A stretch of DNA of 64,000 bases from Nitrospirales bacterium (lineage in GTDB: Bacteria > Nitrospirota > Nitrospiria > Nitrospirales > UBA8639), in NCBI GenBank assembly GCA_963555755.3, contig OY820905.2, forward strand, positions 2,144,001 through 2,208,000. Reading direction: 5' to 3'. Of this stretch, positions 44,704-56,132 are shown in pieces. The notes under the pieces are model-generated. The model made no database searches. It was not told the origin of the DNA and was given only the letters and a program-made list of their open reading frames with translations. The first letter of the stretch is position 1, and every line of letters starts with the position of its first letter. The position numbers and the translations under genes were made by a program.

Positions 44704-47700
44704 ATGAGTACTGAGACAGACGACCAAAATACTCCATCCTCCACAAATCTTGACTCCAAAAATTTAACTAAAGAAGAAATTGCGGCTTCTGGTGAAACGT
44801 CATTGGAAGATGATTGGGCTGCAGCCTTAGCCGAGCAAAGACAGGCAGAAGCCGAGCCGCCCGTGGCGGAAGACACCACATCGGTGAGCAAAACTGAGGC
44901 GCAGCCCGAGGCTGTCTCCAAAAATTCATCCGATGAGGAGGAGCCTCCATCAACTGACGCATCGTTGGAAGATGATTGGACCGCAGTTCTTGAAGATCAG
45001 AAACAACCCCAACCCGAAGCTCAACAGGCAGAGACGGCCCCCACAGAAAATGATCCCGCTTCCGATGACTCAAGCCAAGTCGTGATGGGTTGGCCAAACA
45101 GTGGCTCGGTTCAATCTCAACAAGACCCCACACCGGCTGAGTGGAAACCGACAAGAATCACACCAGCATCAGAACACGATCAGCCGGCAGACTCCTCATC
45201 TCCTGAGGAACAACTCGCCGCGTCTGCGGCATCATCGGCTAAACCTGAACATTCCACAGTACCCGAATCCAGCAACATGCCAGAAACATCGCCACCACCA
45301 GAACTTTCCCTGGCGGCAGCCGCAGCAGAAATTTCTATTCAGGTAGTGATGGAGAGAGCCACTGACGTCTCCGAAGTCATCCAAGACGAACAGGCAAGGG
45401 AACGACTTGAGGCATCTGGCCCCGCATCCGACACAAGCCCCACACAGCCGACGACTGCATCCGCGACCTCGGACAATCTTACAGAAGCAGCGACCGCTCC
45501 AAAAACTCCAGAATGGGATCAAGGCACACACCATCCCGAGCCGCCTCCCCCTGACACAATGGCATTCGTTTAAGGAATGGGCGGCATTCGTTTAAGGATT
45601 TGGCTCATTCGTTTAAGAAACGGATTCCATGTGCTTAAGGGACTTTCAGATAGAGGCCATCGACCCTGTGGGGTTCTTGGACTGGCTGTTCTTTTTGGGT
45701 GGATGCCACGTGGACTCCGGTTTCATGGATGTTCGAGGATAGGATCGGCCCGGCCTCACCCGTTGGTAGTGACTCACAATGGACTCGAAGGCCCGTTGGA
45801 CGGCGGTCTGCATCCGAGCATGGAGCACGAGCAGATCTTCGAAGCTTCGCGCAAACACGTGAAGGCAATGTTTGAAGTTGGTCTTGAATGTCCGCCTCGC
45901 CCCGGTGCCGGTTCCAACTATGGACGATCCGGGAGGGGCCATGGGCTCAGCTGCGGGGGCTTCGGGATTGAGTGCGTGGTCCGCCCGATTGGCGAACAGC
46001 CGGTTCATGGTGATCAGGACGAAATGCGCGAAGAGCTCTTGTTTGACGCCGCGCTCGGTTTTGGCATGAAACTCCTCGATGAGGAACAGGCGCTTGCTCA
46101 CCTTGTAGAGTTCCTCGATGCCCCAACGGGCATGGTAGAGATCCATGAACTCCTGGAGCGGATACCGCTGCTGGGGGCCGACCAGGGTGGTGCCCAAGCA
46201 AAATCGGCTGCCGGCCATCTCATATTTCAGAAGCCGCAGGCTCAACGGGATGATGGCGAGATCAGGATAGACCGCCCGGATGTCTCGTTGCGTGCGTGCG
46301 GCGGGGAAGAGGGTGACCGTGGTGTCGGTGTCCGGGCCGGCAAAAAACTCTTGAATCTCCTTGAACCCGCTGTCTTGGAGACGAAACACGGCGTGGATCC
46401 CGGCGGTCCAGTGCTGATGCAGCAGGACGTAGGAGAAATAGCCTCGATCGTACACCACGACATCGTTGGGCTTCAGCACAGCCAGGTGCCGCAGGGCGCA
46501 CCGTCGCTCGTTGCCATGCGCGACGAGGTCGAAATCCCAGGGCACTTGCGACGTGAGGTGGTAGAGGCAACTCAGCAACCCTTGAGGATAGTGTGCATTG
46601 TCAGAGGGCAAGGGGTAGCCACACGCCCGCAACGCGCGGGGCAGTGTAAGCTTGGAGCCATCGACGGCAAACACCCGATGGCCCAACCAGGTGTCGTTGG
46701 AGTCGTGTGGGGCATAGGCGTCCAGAATGTTCCGGTTGACGGACTGGAAAATGGCTTCGTCCAGTTTGCGACGTGCGACACAAAAGGACGCCGGCGCGAT
46801 GCTGTGGGGTTGCGGGAGCGCGAGCGCCAGGTTGTCGCAACTGTCCCACAAGTCATCAATGGTGGTGCCGTAACTTTGGGAGTTGGTTGACGACACCAAC
46901 CGAAAGATCAACAGCATCAGGATCAGGGAATCGATCACCCGTTTCCGGACGCGCCACTGGTCATCGTACTGGGCCGCCACGTCGTGGAGGATGTGGACCA
47001 CCTGTTTCCACCAGGCGACAAACCCTTCCCCGACGGACCGTGTGCGACTGGCTCGCACGTCGTTGCGATAGCGTGTCTTCACCGTGACGGCTCGATGCCC
47101 GGCAGTCAGGCACGCGCGCCAGTCGGGTTGGAGCGGATAGAGAAAAATCTCTTTTGTCGTGGGTGGACGGTCCGACGTTGAGCCAAACCGCCCGCGCCCC
47201 TCGGTGTAGCCCACGAAGTGCCAATTGGCCGCTCGATAACAGGTCCCGGCAAACCGGGAGGGATCGATGAACGTTTCAATCAGCACCGGGCGATAACCGT
47301 AGACTTCAACCCAGTCGTCCCCGATCTGCTTGGTGGCCCGCGCCAGCACATGGCTGGCGAGATTCGGCACGTCAATCCACGGAAAGATCAAAAACCGATC
47401 ATTGCGCAACACCAATGGCAGGAGCTTCCTCCGGTGCGTCACGTCCCAGCCAATCCAGTGATCTCTGGGGGCCAGCGCCCAGGCGGCCGAGGCCGAAAAC
47501 AGCAGACAGCCCAGCGGGTACGGCTGGGCGGCCGATCTCACCAGATAGCCCAGCTGGGCCCCGATCGGGTGTTTATAGCCCAAATAATGATAGGTCTGCA
47601 GGTAGGCTTTCCAGCTCTCGCGTTCCTCTTTCGAGACCACCCGGTGCAGGGTAATTGGGGCCACGGCGGCGAGGGTGTCGGTGAGTGGCTCGGTGGGGGG

Positions 47701-49235
47701 CGGCTCGTGAAACGCAGGGATGGGGTGTCCCGGCGCGCGCTTGTGGCGCGTGGCCGGCAGAGTCACGATCCCGTGCGCTTCCAGCTCGGTCAGCAAGGTC
47801 AAACAGGAATGAATCTTGTTGTGGCCCGTCGGCGTGGTCCAGCTGAGATGCTCACAGACGGTGAGGGCCAATTCCTTCCGACTCAGGTGGGGGAACAGCT
47901 GGACGGTTTCTTGGACCTGCGCCAACTGCTTGCGGGTGAACCGCCGCCCGCTAAAGGTCGTCTTGGGTAAGGTGTCCACAGTCTTCATCGAGGATAGTCT
48001 CTCAGAAGACGGAAAAGAAGTCAAGCGAAAAAGGACACCAGGGCGACTTCGGTTCAGAAGCCCTGATCAATCAACCAGTTCCGCTGATAACAGAGAAGGC
48101 AGATTGTTCGTTCGAACCAAACCGAATGCCATTGCCCCCTGACATCCCGGCGCAGAACATTGAACACGCCCCAGATCGATTCAGGCGCCCGTTCTTTACA
48201 GGAACCGGGGGTTCGCTGTTTGGCATGTTCACGATGAATACGTTACTCACGCTCCTGACCTTCGGCGTGTATTCGTTTTGGGCTCGAATCAAAATTCGGC
48301 GATACCTCCACAGTCAAACGAAATTTGCTGGCGCTCGGCTGGCCTTTCATGGGACGGGAGGGGAACTGCTGAAGGGATGGATGAAGGCCGTGGCAGTCTT
48401 TGGTATTCCCTACTCAGCCTTAAGCTATGCGGGCATGGTACAATCCGAGGCCATGCTCCAATGGGGTGTGAACATCTTGGCGGGTCTGTTCATCTTGTGC
48501 TTCATTCCCATCGCCATCGTGGGATCACATCGCTATCGCATGAGCCGGACCTCTTGGCGTGGCATTTACTTTTCATTCCGTAACTCTGCCAAAGATTTTT
48601 TCACGCTGTATCTAAAAGGCATGCTCTTTTCGATTTTGACACTGGGGATCTATTACCCGGTTTTCGACAATGCCAAACGAGCCTTTCTCGTGTCAGGAAC
48701 ACATTTTGGCAATCGAGCGTTGGGTTTTGATGGAGAAGCCAAAGAATTAGGATCGATCTATTTCAAGGCCTTCCGGTTATTGATCCTGGGCCTCATCACG
48801 GCAGAGGCAGTCCTGTTGGCCACATCGTTCCTGGCAGGCCAGGCTAACCCGAACCAAGTCATCGATATCGTCTTTTGGACAACGATGGCCATGGTATCGA
48901 CGGTAATCCCTTTTGTCATCGGTAATTGGTTTTGGTTCCAGGCCACCAAACAACGCTATATGTGGAATCATACCACGTTTGGCCCTGCCCGCTTTCACGC
49001 GACCATGACAGGGAAAAGGTTATTCGAATTGAAACTCACCAATCTGTTCCTGTTGATCGGTACCCTCGGACTTGCCTGGCCCTGGGTCCAGACTCGGAAT
49101 CTACAGTTCCTGTATTATCACGTCGGACTCCAAGGCCCATTGAATCTTAAGCAGGTCGTTCAAGAAGCTGGCACCGCCTCGCCCATGGGTGAAGAATTGG
49201 CCGGGTTCTTTGACACAGGGTTTGATCTCGGATAA
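44704..49235 (+). pseudogene. YjgN/DUF898 membrane protein with long acidic N-terminal extension (~647 aa), split by an IS4-like element
   Basis: Halves rejoin in frame (PPPPD|IPAQ). FTGTGGSLF..LLTLLTFGVYSFWARIK, TLGIYYP, TLGLAWPW. Confidence 0.85.
45557..48134 (-). mobile_element. IS4-family element encoding a DUF4338(DruA-like)-DDE fusion (45646-48024)
   Basis: TIR CAATGGCATTCG, 10-bp TSD CCCCCTGACA. YHYLGYK..NDRFLI..NLASHVLA..ETFID..GTCYRAANW followed by AVDGS, YDRGYFS, YHARWGIEELYK. Confidence 0.9.
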
Positions 49236-49588
49236 ACCTTCTTCTCTGTCAGGCAAACCCTTGGTAACTCAGGTATTTAGGCTGAAGGCTATCACTCATT
49301 ATGCATGATTTTTAGATGATCTTGCATAATTGCCCCCTAAAACCTTCAGCCTTCGGCCTTTAGCCTATCCACCTGAGTTCAAAGCATTCATCCTATAGCT
49401 ATTTCAATTCACTTCCGCTCTCTCTGCCTATGGCCAAAGATCTATAGAGTAAATCCAAAGCTCGAATATCGAAATCCGAAACAAATTAGAATGACCAAAT
49501 TGAACCATTCGAATTTTGAATTTTGAATTTGTTTCGGATTTCGAGTTTATTGAACTTATTTGGAATAATACGAGACATTAGGTCACTC

Positions 49589-50728
49589 ATGTCGGCATCC
49601 TCAACATGGCACGGTCAATACTTCGATGGCCAGAGTCCAATCGCTCATCGCGTATCCATAGACATCACTCCGACGGGACTCAGAATTCATGGGACGCCCG
49701 ATAGACCCTGCCTCTGGCCATATACAGAAATCCATCAAACCCAAGGACACTATGAAGGAGAGGAAGTTCGGCTAGAGCGAAGGGATGATCACCACGATCT
49801 GCTAGTCGTGGCTGATGCCAAATTTTTAGTAGCCATTCATCGTCTTGCGCCCGATGAAGTCGGACATCTTCATAACCCGCACACCCGTACTCGCCGCGTC
49901 TGGCTCACCGTCGCCGCGGGACTCTTGGCCATCCCGCTCCTCTGGGTTGTGTACGCAAAAGGGGTCCCGGCCCTTGCCGGACCACTCACCAATCTCATTC
50001 CCTACTCCTGGGAAAATCATTTAGGCGAAGCCCTGATCGAAGAAATAGCTCCATCAGACGAACGGTGCACGGACTCGCGTCTTCTAGAGAAAACCAATAT
50101 TTTGGTCCAAGTCTTAGTATCCACCGTGGAACCGGTCCCATACACGTTTCGCATTGCCATTATCGACAAACCGATTCTTAATGCCCTCGCACTTCCAGGC
50201 GGATACATCGTGGTCTTTCGAGGCCTGCTCGAAAGCACAGAGACCCCGGAGGAGTTCGCTGGCGTGCTGGCTCACGAAATTCAACATGTGCTCCAACGCC
50301 ACAGCATGCGATTGCTCGTGCAAAACATGACGCTTGGCTTGATCATCGGCGCACTCACCGGAGATGTCAGCGGCATCATGGCCTTTGTGTTCGAAGGCGC
50401 GCACGTGCTGCAATCATTGTCCTACAGCCGCTCGGCAGAAGAAGAAGCCGACCGCGAAGGCATGGCCTTACTACTCGCGGCGGGGATCAATCCCAAAGGC
50501 ATGCTCAGTTTTTTTAACTATTTAAAGGAGCAACATGGCGAGAATGACCACGACCCACTATGGCGTTATCTTTCAACCCATCCGACAGCAGGCGACCGGG
50601 TTGAAACACTCCGGGCACAAGCCAAAGCCGCAAGTGAATCTGTGCATAGCCTGTTCCCACTAGACGATTGGCAACACATCACCACACTCTGCCGTGGAGA
50701 CTCTGAGAAGGAAGAAAATCCAAACTAA
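49589..50728 (+). CDS. M48-family metallopeptidase
   Basis: NALALPGG, LAHEIQH, YSRSAEEEAD, STHP. Follows YjgN. Confidence 0.9.
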   Translation: MSASSTWHGQYFDGQSPIAHRVSIDITPTGLRIHGTPDRPCLWPYTEIHQTQGHYEGEEVRLERRDDHHDLLVVADAKFLVAIHRLAPDEVGHLHNPHTRTRRVWLTVAAGLLAIPLLWVVYAKGVPALAGPLTNLIPYSWENHLGEALIEEIAPSDERCTDSRLLEKTNILVQVLVSTVEPVPYTFRIAIIDKPILNALALPGGYIVVFRGLLESTETPEEFAGVLAHEIQHVLQRHSMRLLVQNMTLGLIIGALTGDVSGIMAFVFEGAHVLQSLSYSRSAEEEADREGMALLLAAGINPKGMLSFFNYLKEQHGENDHDPLWRYLSTHPTAGDRVETLRAQAKAASESVHSLFPLDDWQHITTLCRGDSEKEENPN

Positions 50729-50745
50729 GGGCCTGTAAAAAAATT

Positions 50746-51286
50746 TACGCTACCCTTTACTTGAAAGAGTTTCCATAAAACTCAATACTCATGCCTGACC
50801 CCAATTCCTGACCCCAATTCCAATTCCTTTTGTCATTTCGACCCCAGGAGAAATCTCTTGTTCGACCACGGGCGCATGTGAAAAGGGGACAGATGTATTT
50901 TCCACGACCAAGACAGAAAATAAAAATGCCACGCAATCTCACAACTGTCGTGTCATGTCGACCCTTGGGAGCATTCTGTGGTACGGCAACGTGGGAGATT
51001 TCTCCCAGAGGTCGAAATGACATACGCTACCCTTTACTTGAAAGAGTTTGCATAAAACTCAATACTCATGCCTGACCCCAATTCCAATTCCTTTTGTCAT
51101 TTCGACCCCAGGAGAAATCTCTTGTTCGACCACGGGCGCATGTGAAAAGGGGACAGATGTATTTTCCACGACCGAGACAGAGAATAAAAGCACCACGCGA
51201 CCTCACGACTGGGGTGTCATGTCGACCCTTGGGAGCAATCTGTGATGTGGCAACGTGGGAGATTTCTCCCAGGGGTCGAAATGACA
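50746..51286. repeat. Two tandem ~270-bp units, each a TGACCCC end motif plus a TGTCATTTCGACC..GGTCGAAATGACA palindromic element
   Basis: Units start TACGCTACCCTTTACTTG at ~50746 and ~51023. Confidence 0.85.
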
Positions 51287-51421
51287 AAAGAAACAAAATG
51301 ATAAAAGGAACGCATTCCCGACATCCTTCATCGGAAATCCAGTCTTTTCCTTTTGTCATTCTGAGCCATTCGACAAGCTCAGGGCGAACGGTTTATGGCA
51401 ATGGCTTTCTGACTCGGGATA

Positions 51422-52810
51422 CTACGTGCGCAAGGAAATCACGGGATACAACACCATCAAATACACCGCACGTTTGAGACCAAAGTTATATCCGTTGATT
51501 GCGGACAGGAGATACCATCGAATGGCTTGCGAGTACTTCTGCTGCTCCTCATGAATCAATCCAATTTCATAATACGCTCGCTCTCTTCCATTGCGAGATG
51601 CTTTTTTAAACCATTCTAAGGCCTGTTCGACGTCTTTCTCCCCAGCCCATCCTCTCATATAGAACTTACCAAGGCGTTCCTGTGAATAACCATTTCCCAA
51701 CCTTGCGCCTTTGATATACCACTCTTTGGCTTTTGTATAATCTTTTGGAACGCCATTCCCCTTTTCGTATAAATAACCAACTTTCGCTATGGCTTGCTTA
51801 TAGGCTCTGTCCGCAGCGACACGATACCATTTCATCGCTGCTTGGTAATCTTGCTCAACACCTGTGCCGTATTGGAACAGACGACCCAACCGATACTGAG
51901 CCCATCGATGATCCTGCCCGGCAGCCTTTCGGTACAACGAGACTGCTTTCTCCAAATTTATCGGCCTACCCTTACCATTCTCATACATCCAGCCCAACTG
52001 AGCTTGAGCCGGTCCGTAATTGCGATTGGCAGCCAAGCGATACAATCTAAACTGACTTTTCAGGTCTCCCTCTTTTCCAAGCGCAAGGGCCAAATTGTAT
52101 TGTCCAATGGGATAGCCCTGTTCGGCTGCGCGACGATACCAGACAATCTCGGCTTTTGAATTCTTTCTCACACCATTGCCACCCCCAAACATCAACCCCA
52201 AATTATTTTGCGCCACGACATATCCCTGAACCGCGGCCTTTTCATACCAATAACGGGCTTTCCGATAATCCTTTGTGGCAGCGCTCAAATTATAATAAAT
52301 CCAAGCGAGACTACTTTGTGCGTGAGCATCCCCTGATTCCGCTTCTCTTTCAAGCGCAATCAATGTCTGAGACAAAATCTTTGTTCCCTTATCTGAATCC
52401 TTCTCGACTCCAAGCCCCTTATAGAAAGCCTTACCCAACAAAAATTGACCATAGACATCGCCCTGGCGCGCTGAAGCCCGAGTGAAATCCCAACCCTCCC
52501 GATAATCAATTTGAATCCCTAAGCCATTGTTGTACATATCTGCAACGATCGATTGCGCGCGAGGATGGCCATATTCTGCTGCCTTCGATAGCCACACCAA
52601 CGCTTCATCATAATGCTGGGGCATGTCTTGCGCCCAATAATAGCCCAGGCCTTTGGCAAAAAACTGCTCGGCGAGTGCTGGCTTTCCGGTTTCTGCCAGT
52701 ACGGGTGAAAGTCCGACAACGCATAGTTCGAGCATGAGCAGAACGACACAGATAAGGCTCGCTACTCGGAAATGCGTTATTACTGATGAGGAATACCTCT
52801 GTCGTATCAT
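51422..52810 (-). CDS. SEL1-repeat protein
   Basis: Multiple AQxxLGxMY..GxG..A..WY.KAA.QG repeats. Confidence 0.9.
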   Translation of the reverse strand: MIRQRYSSSVITHFRVASLICVVLLMLELCVVGLSPVLAETGKPALAEQFFAKGLGYYWAQDMPQHYDEALVWLSKAAEYGHPRAQSIVADMYNNGLGIQIDYREGWDFTRASARQGDVYGQFLLGKAFYKGLGVEKDSDKGTKILSQTLIALEREAESGDAHAQSSLAWIYYNLSAATKDYRKARYWYEKAAVQGYVVAQNNLGLMFGGGNGVRKNSKAEIVWYRRAAEQGYPIGQYNLALALGKEGDLKSQFRLYRLAANRNYGPAQAQLGWMYENGKGRPINLEKAVSLYRKAAGQDHRWAQYRLGRLFQYGTGVEQDYQAAMKWYRVAADRAYKQAIAKVGYLYEKGNGVPKDYTKAKEWYIKGARLGNGYSQERLGKFYMRGWAGEKDVEQALEWFKKASRNGRERAYYEIGLIHEEQQKYSQAIRWYLLSAINGYNFGLKRAVYLMVLYPVISLRT

Positions 52811-52832
52811 CGACGCACCATAGCTAAATTAT

Positions 52833-52975
52833 AGGGCACCTCTAAAAACCGTCCTTTTCCGTGATGGCGGCGTCAGCCGCGTGCTCACATCCTCATGTAT
52901 TCGCCCATACACTCCGGTTTTCCGCGCACGGCTTCCTTGCCCTCACAAAAAATGCCGGGTTTTTAGACGCGCCCT
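52833..52975. mobile_element. MITE-like element
   Basis: AGGGCACCTCTAAAAACC / GGTTTTTAGACGCGCCCT inverted ends flanked by TA. Confidence 0.7.
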
Positions 52976-53013
52976 ATATTCTGGGATCGGAAGGAAAATT
53001 TACCGAAGCACCT

Positions 53014-53613
53014 TTACGGTACTCCGAAGACCACTTCTTCTCGGTAGGATTCCTCTATAACAGAATGGGGATGAAACGATTGAACGGGTTGACCCGTCCC
53101 GAAGATTTTCGTCTTTGCCGAAATTTCGGGTTGCCAAATCTTTTTGGTGTAGACCACAACCGTCCCGGCCAGCTTGTCATGCCAGCCTTGCTTTCTCGGA
53201 TCAAACGCCGCGCGGATAAATCCCCAACACAGGGGGATCGAAGAGAGGAAATAGCCAATGTACCGTTTAACGAATTGCCACTGAGTCGGCTGCCGCCCGG
53301 TAGCGACATCCACAATTCTAGCACCTATCGCCATTTTTCCTGGCGTCGCCGCACAATAAATCCAAAACACGACGATCGCCGCTGCAGGCAACATCAAGGA
53401 GAGTAATAAGTCAATCGGGCCTTCGACGAACGCCCGCGATTCAAGATAACCCCATCCGTAGACTGCAATAAGAAACGGATAGGTCACAATGACGGTCAGA
53501 ATCGTATCAAGAAATGTAGCCCAAAGCCGCGCCCAAAATCCAACATAGGCCCCCCTGAGTTCAGGGGGCTCAACCGCTGGCCATGCCTGTGTGTACATTC
53601 GTCGTTTTCGCAC
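53014..53613 (-). CDS. RDD-family membrane protein
   Basis: GFWARLWATFLD, TPGKMAIG, KQGWHDKLAGTVVV. Confidence 0.9.
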   Translation of the reverse strand: MRKRRMYTQAWPAVEPPELRGAYVGFWARLWATFLDTILTVIVTYPFLIAVYGWGYLESRAFVEGPIDLLLSLMLPAAAIVVFWIYCAATPGKMAIGARIVDVATGRQPTQWQFVKRYIGYFLSSIPLCWGFIRAAFDPRKQGWHDKLAGTVVVYTKKIWQPEISAKTKIFGTGQPVQSFHPHSVIEESYREEVVFGVP

Positions 53614-53788
53614 AACCGATCATCTCACTCCCAAGACACTTTAATAAATGATCCTCCTCATCATGTCGGCGTAAATAAAACAACCCTTGAATAACCAACA
53701 CAGACCATTCGAGAGAAACACCAAACCAAAAAGCCCCTCCCGGATAGCAGAGGCTTCAACCTTAGAGGCCATAAGAAAATCTCAGCGT

Positions 53789-54058
53789 TTACTTTTTATG
53801 AAAACTAATATGGTCCTTATACTGGTCGACCGCGGCCTTTAATGCGGCTTTGCCACGCGGAATGTTGGCATCCAAGGTCTCCTCGATCTCTTCATCATCA
53901 ATGACCACCTCATACTTATCTTGCACATTGGTCATGACCACCCCTTTTTCAACCTGCCGAGGCAGATATATCTCCAGCCACACTTCCTTCTCAACGAGAC
54001 ACACCTCACAAAACCGATCGTACAACATTTCCAGCCGTTCAGAATCTGTTTCTTTCAT
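53789..54058 (-). CDS. Small acidic hypothetical protein
   Basis: AGGAG RBS, 89 aa. Confidence 0.7.
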   Translation of the reverse strand: MKETDSERLEMLYDRFCEVCLVEKEVWLEIYLPRQVEKGVVMTNVQDKYEVVIDDEEIEETLDANIPRGKAALKAAVDQYKDHISFHKK

Positions 54059-54535
54059 GCTTCACAACTCCTTCTAATGATATCGGACTCATTCTCTCGA
54101 ATCGTCTGCAAGACTAGAAAACATAGACATCAGTCGTCAACGGGTATGTTTCTTATTTGGATTTTGGGCCGCGAGAACATCAAGAGTACGAGATTCAAAG
54201 GAGCCAAGGGTTAAAATGGACTCAAGGAGAAGGAAGGCAAGGAGCTGAACTCGTAAATTCAACTCGCTAGCGCAACAGTGGGTTTCTTGAGAATTTATTA
54301 GATGCAGGGTTTCGCCCCTGCATCTAATAATTCTTGTCAATAATCTTGAACGTTGCCAAACGATAGATTTCTCCCAAGGGTCGAAATGACAGAAAGAAAA
54401 CCTGGATCCCCGATTAAGGATGTCGAGGATGACGGCCGGAGGAATTGATGAACTGCCTTAAACCAATAAGCCTCAACAACTCGAAACGTAAGCTGTTCAC
54501 TTCGGTGCCTGCGTTGGACGAGTAGGTTACATCAT

Positions 54536-54841
54536 TTAGGCAGGAACATAGGGAACAATCTTGAATTTTCCTGATTGCTTCCGCATCTCTGTCGCGTCAA
54601 ACCATGCTTGCATCCTCAGCAACATATCCATGTTCAATTGAAACGCCTTTTCCAATCGTAGAGCCATTTCCGGCGACAGCGCCACTTTTTCATTCACCAA
54701 TTCTGACAGCGTGGCACGGCGTACGCCCAAAACCTCGGCGGCTTTGGTGACACTTAGGCCAAGCTCATCTATCACTTCGGTCTTAATGAATGCCCCCGGA
54801 TGGGAAGGCTTCATGCCGATTTTCAAACCTTTCTTCTTCAT
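54536..54841 (-). CDS. higA: HigA antitoxin
   Basis: HPGAFIK, LSPEMALRLEKAF. Confidence 0.9.
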   Translation of the reverse strand: MKKKGLKIGMKPSHPGAFIKTEVIDELGLSVTKAAEVLGVRRATLSELVNEKVALSPEMALRLEKAFQLNMDMLLRMQAWFDATEMRKQSGKFKIVPYVPA

Positions 54842-55131
54842 CAGTGATAATCCCCCACATCTAACAAATCTAAATACCCGTCCTCCTCTTCAAAGGTAAT
54901 CCGCCAGTTGCCCGACGTGGACACACTCCATGTGTCCTTTCGATCCCCTGAGAGTTGATGCACCCGCCAACCCGGAGGCGCGGACGCTCGAAACGCGCCC
55001 ATATCATCAGCCAGAATAAGCGCGGTCAGAATATTTCGTATCCTGGTCACCAGATCGGGCCGAATACCTCTGGTCTGATTGTCTTCAATCAGGCGTTTCA
55101 AACCCCGGTGACGCACGGATCGAATAATCAT
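54841..55131 (-). CDS. higB: HigB toxin
   Basis: IRSVRHRGLKRL, HQLSGDRKDTWSV..SGNWRITF, DYH. Confidence 0.9.
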   Translation of the reverse strand: MIIRSVRHRGLKRLIEDNQTRGIRPDLVTRIRNILTALILADDMGAFRASAPPGWRVHQLSGDRKDTWSVSTSGNWRITFEEEDGYLDLLDVGDYH

Positions 55132-55142
55132 CTATTTATACT

Positions 55143-55159
55143 GTACGGTAATGCCGTAC
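55143..55159. promoter_or_regulatory. Palindrome GTACGG-N5-CCGTAC, probable HigA operator
   Basis: Just upstream of the higB start. Confidence 0.6.
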
Positions 55160-55257
55160 GCATTGCAAGCTTTTTTCTTTTTGTGGAAAATTAAAAAATA
55201 ACGCTACCACCTTTGGCTGTTCCTTCTTCATACTTTCCCTCTGTTGAGGAATTATGA

Positions 55258-56056
55258 GATGCAGGGTTTTGCCCCTGCAGACGAGGCCCTTTTGTTTCGG
55301 CCAAAAAGGGACTGTTCAAAAAGTTTCCGAGCAAGACCGCAGGCAGCAAAAAGCCCAAGGCGTACAGAAAGTAGGTTGAGGGCTTTGAACAACGAGAACG
55401 CAGCTAGGGAACTTTCAACAGTCCCTTAAACCTAGAAACGGCAGTTGGGCACAAAAAAGACGTGCAAGATATTGGTGTGCATGGTGAAATACAAAAAGTC
55501 GTGGTCACCTCGGTGGTGATGAGACATTTTTGTATTTTGCCAGGTGCGCCAAGAGCTTGCGCGGACTTTTGTGATCCAACTGCCGTTTCTAGGTTAAAGG
55601 ACCCAAAACCATTCTCGCTTATGCGCGGCCCTACAGAGAATGATCAAACCGTTCGTCAGCAAGGCCGCAGGCGCTTTGGCGCGCGCAGCGTACGCGTTAG
55701 TAGGTGAGCACGGCAAAGGGCCGAGAACGCCGCTGACGGACGGTTTGATCATTCTCTTCCGGGTCCCTCCGCCTCCGTACCGAATAAGATGGCTCGGGAA
55801 CTCGCTACGCTCAAACAGCTCTCGCCGAGAGGCCGATTCGGTACGGAGGCTCCGCCGGGCCCAACGCAAAGACCCAAGTTCGATGCAGAAAATGAAAAAA
55901 CAACCTTACATAACAATTGATTGTCATTTCGAGCAGAGCGAGAAATCTCCCCCCAGTGTCGAACGAGAGATTTCTCCCAAAGGTCGAAATGACAAAGGAG
56001 GGGCTGAAGTGACAGAGGGGAAGACCTGGATTCCTGATTATCAATGTCGGGAATGA
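55258..56056. repeat. Nest of MITE-like elements (55307-55426, 55429-55595, 55635-55757 inside an outer repeat; TGTCAT palindrome 55922-55994)
   Basis: Separate TIR pairs AGGGACTGTT, AACCTAGAAACGG and AGAGAATGATCAAACCGT. Confidence 0.8.
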
Positions 56057-56132
56057 CTGGTGGAAGCTCGTATGGGCATGTGGCTTGAATCCTGACTTCA
56101 GGACTCCAAGTCACGAGGTAAGGAAGGCGACA

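Noticed and set aside
45577..46890. 437-aa plus-strand ORF
   Set aside because: Antisense shadow of the GC-rich transposase. The same applies to 14153-15202 and 37834-38574.
49450..49550. Inverted heptamer (CGAAATC/GAATTTT) repeats as a functional element
   Set aside because: Isolated remnant with no associated gene. Only noted.
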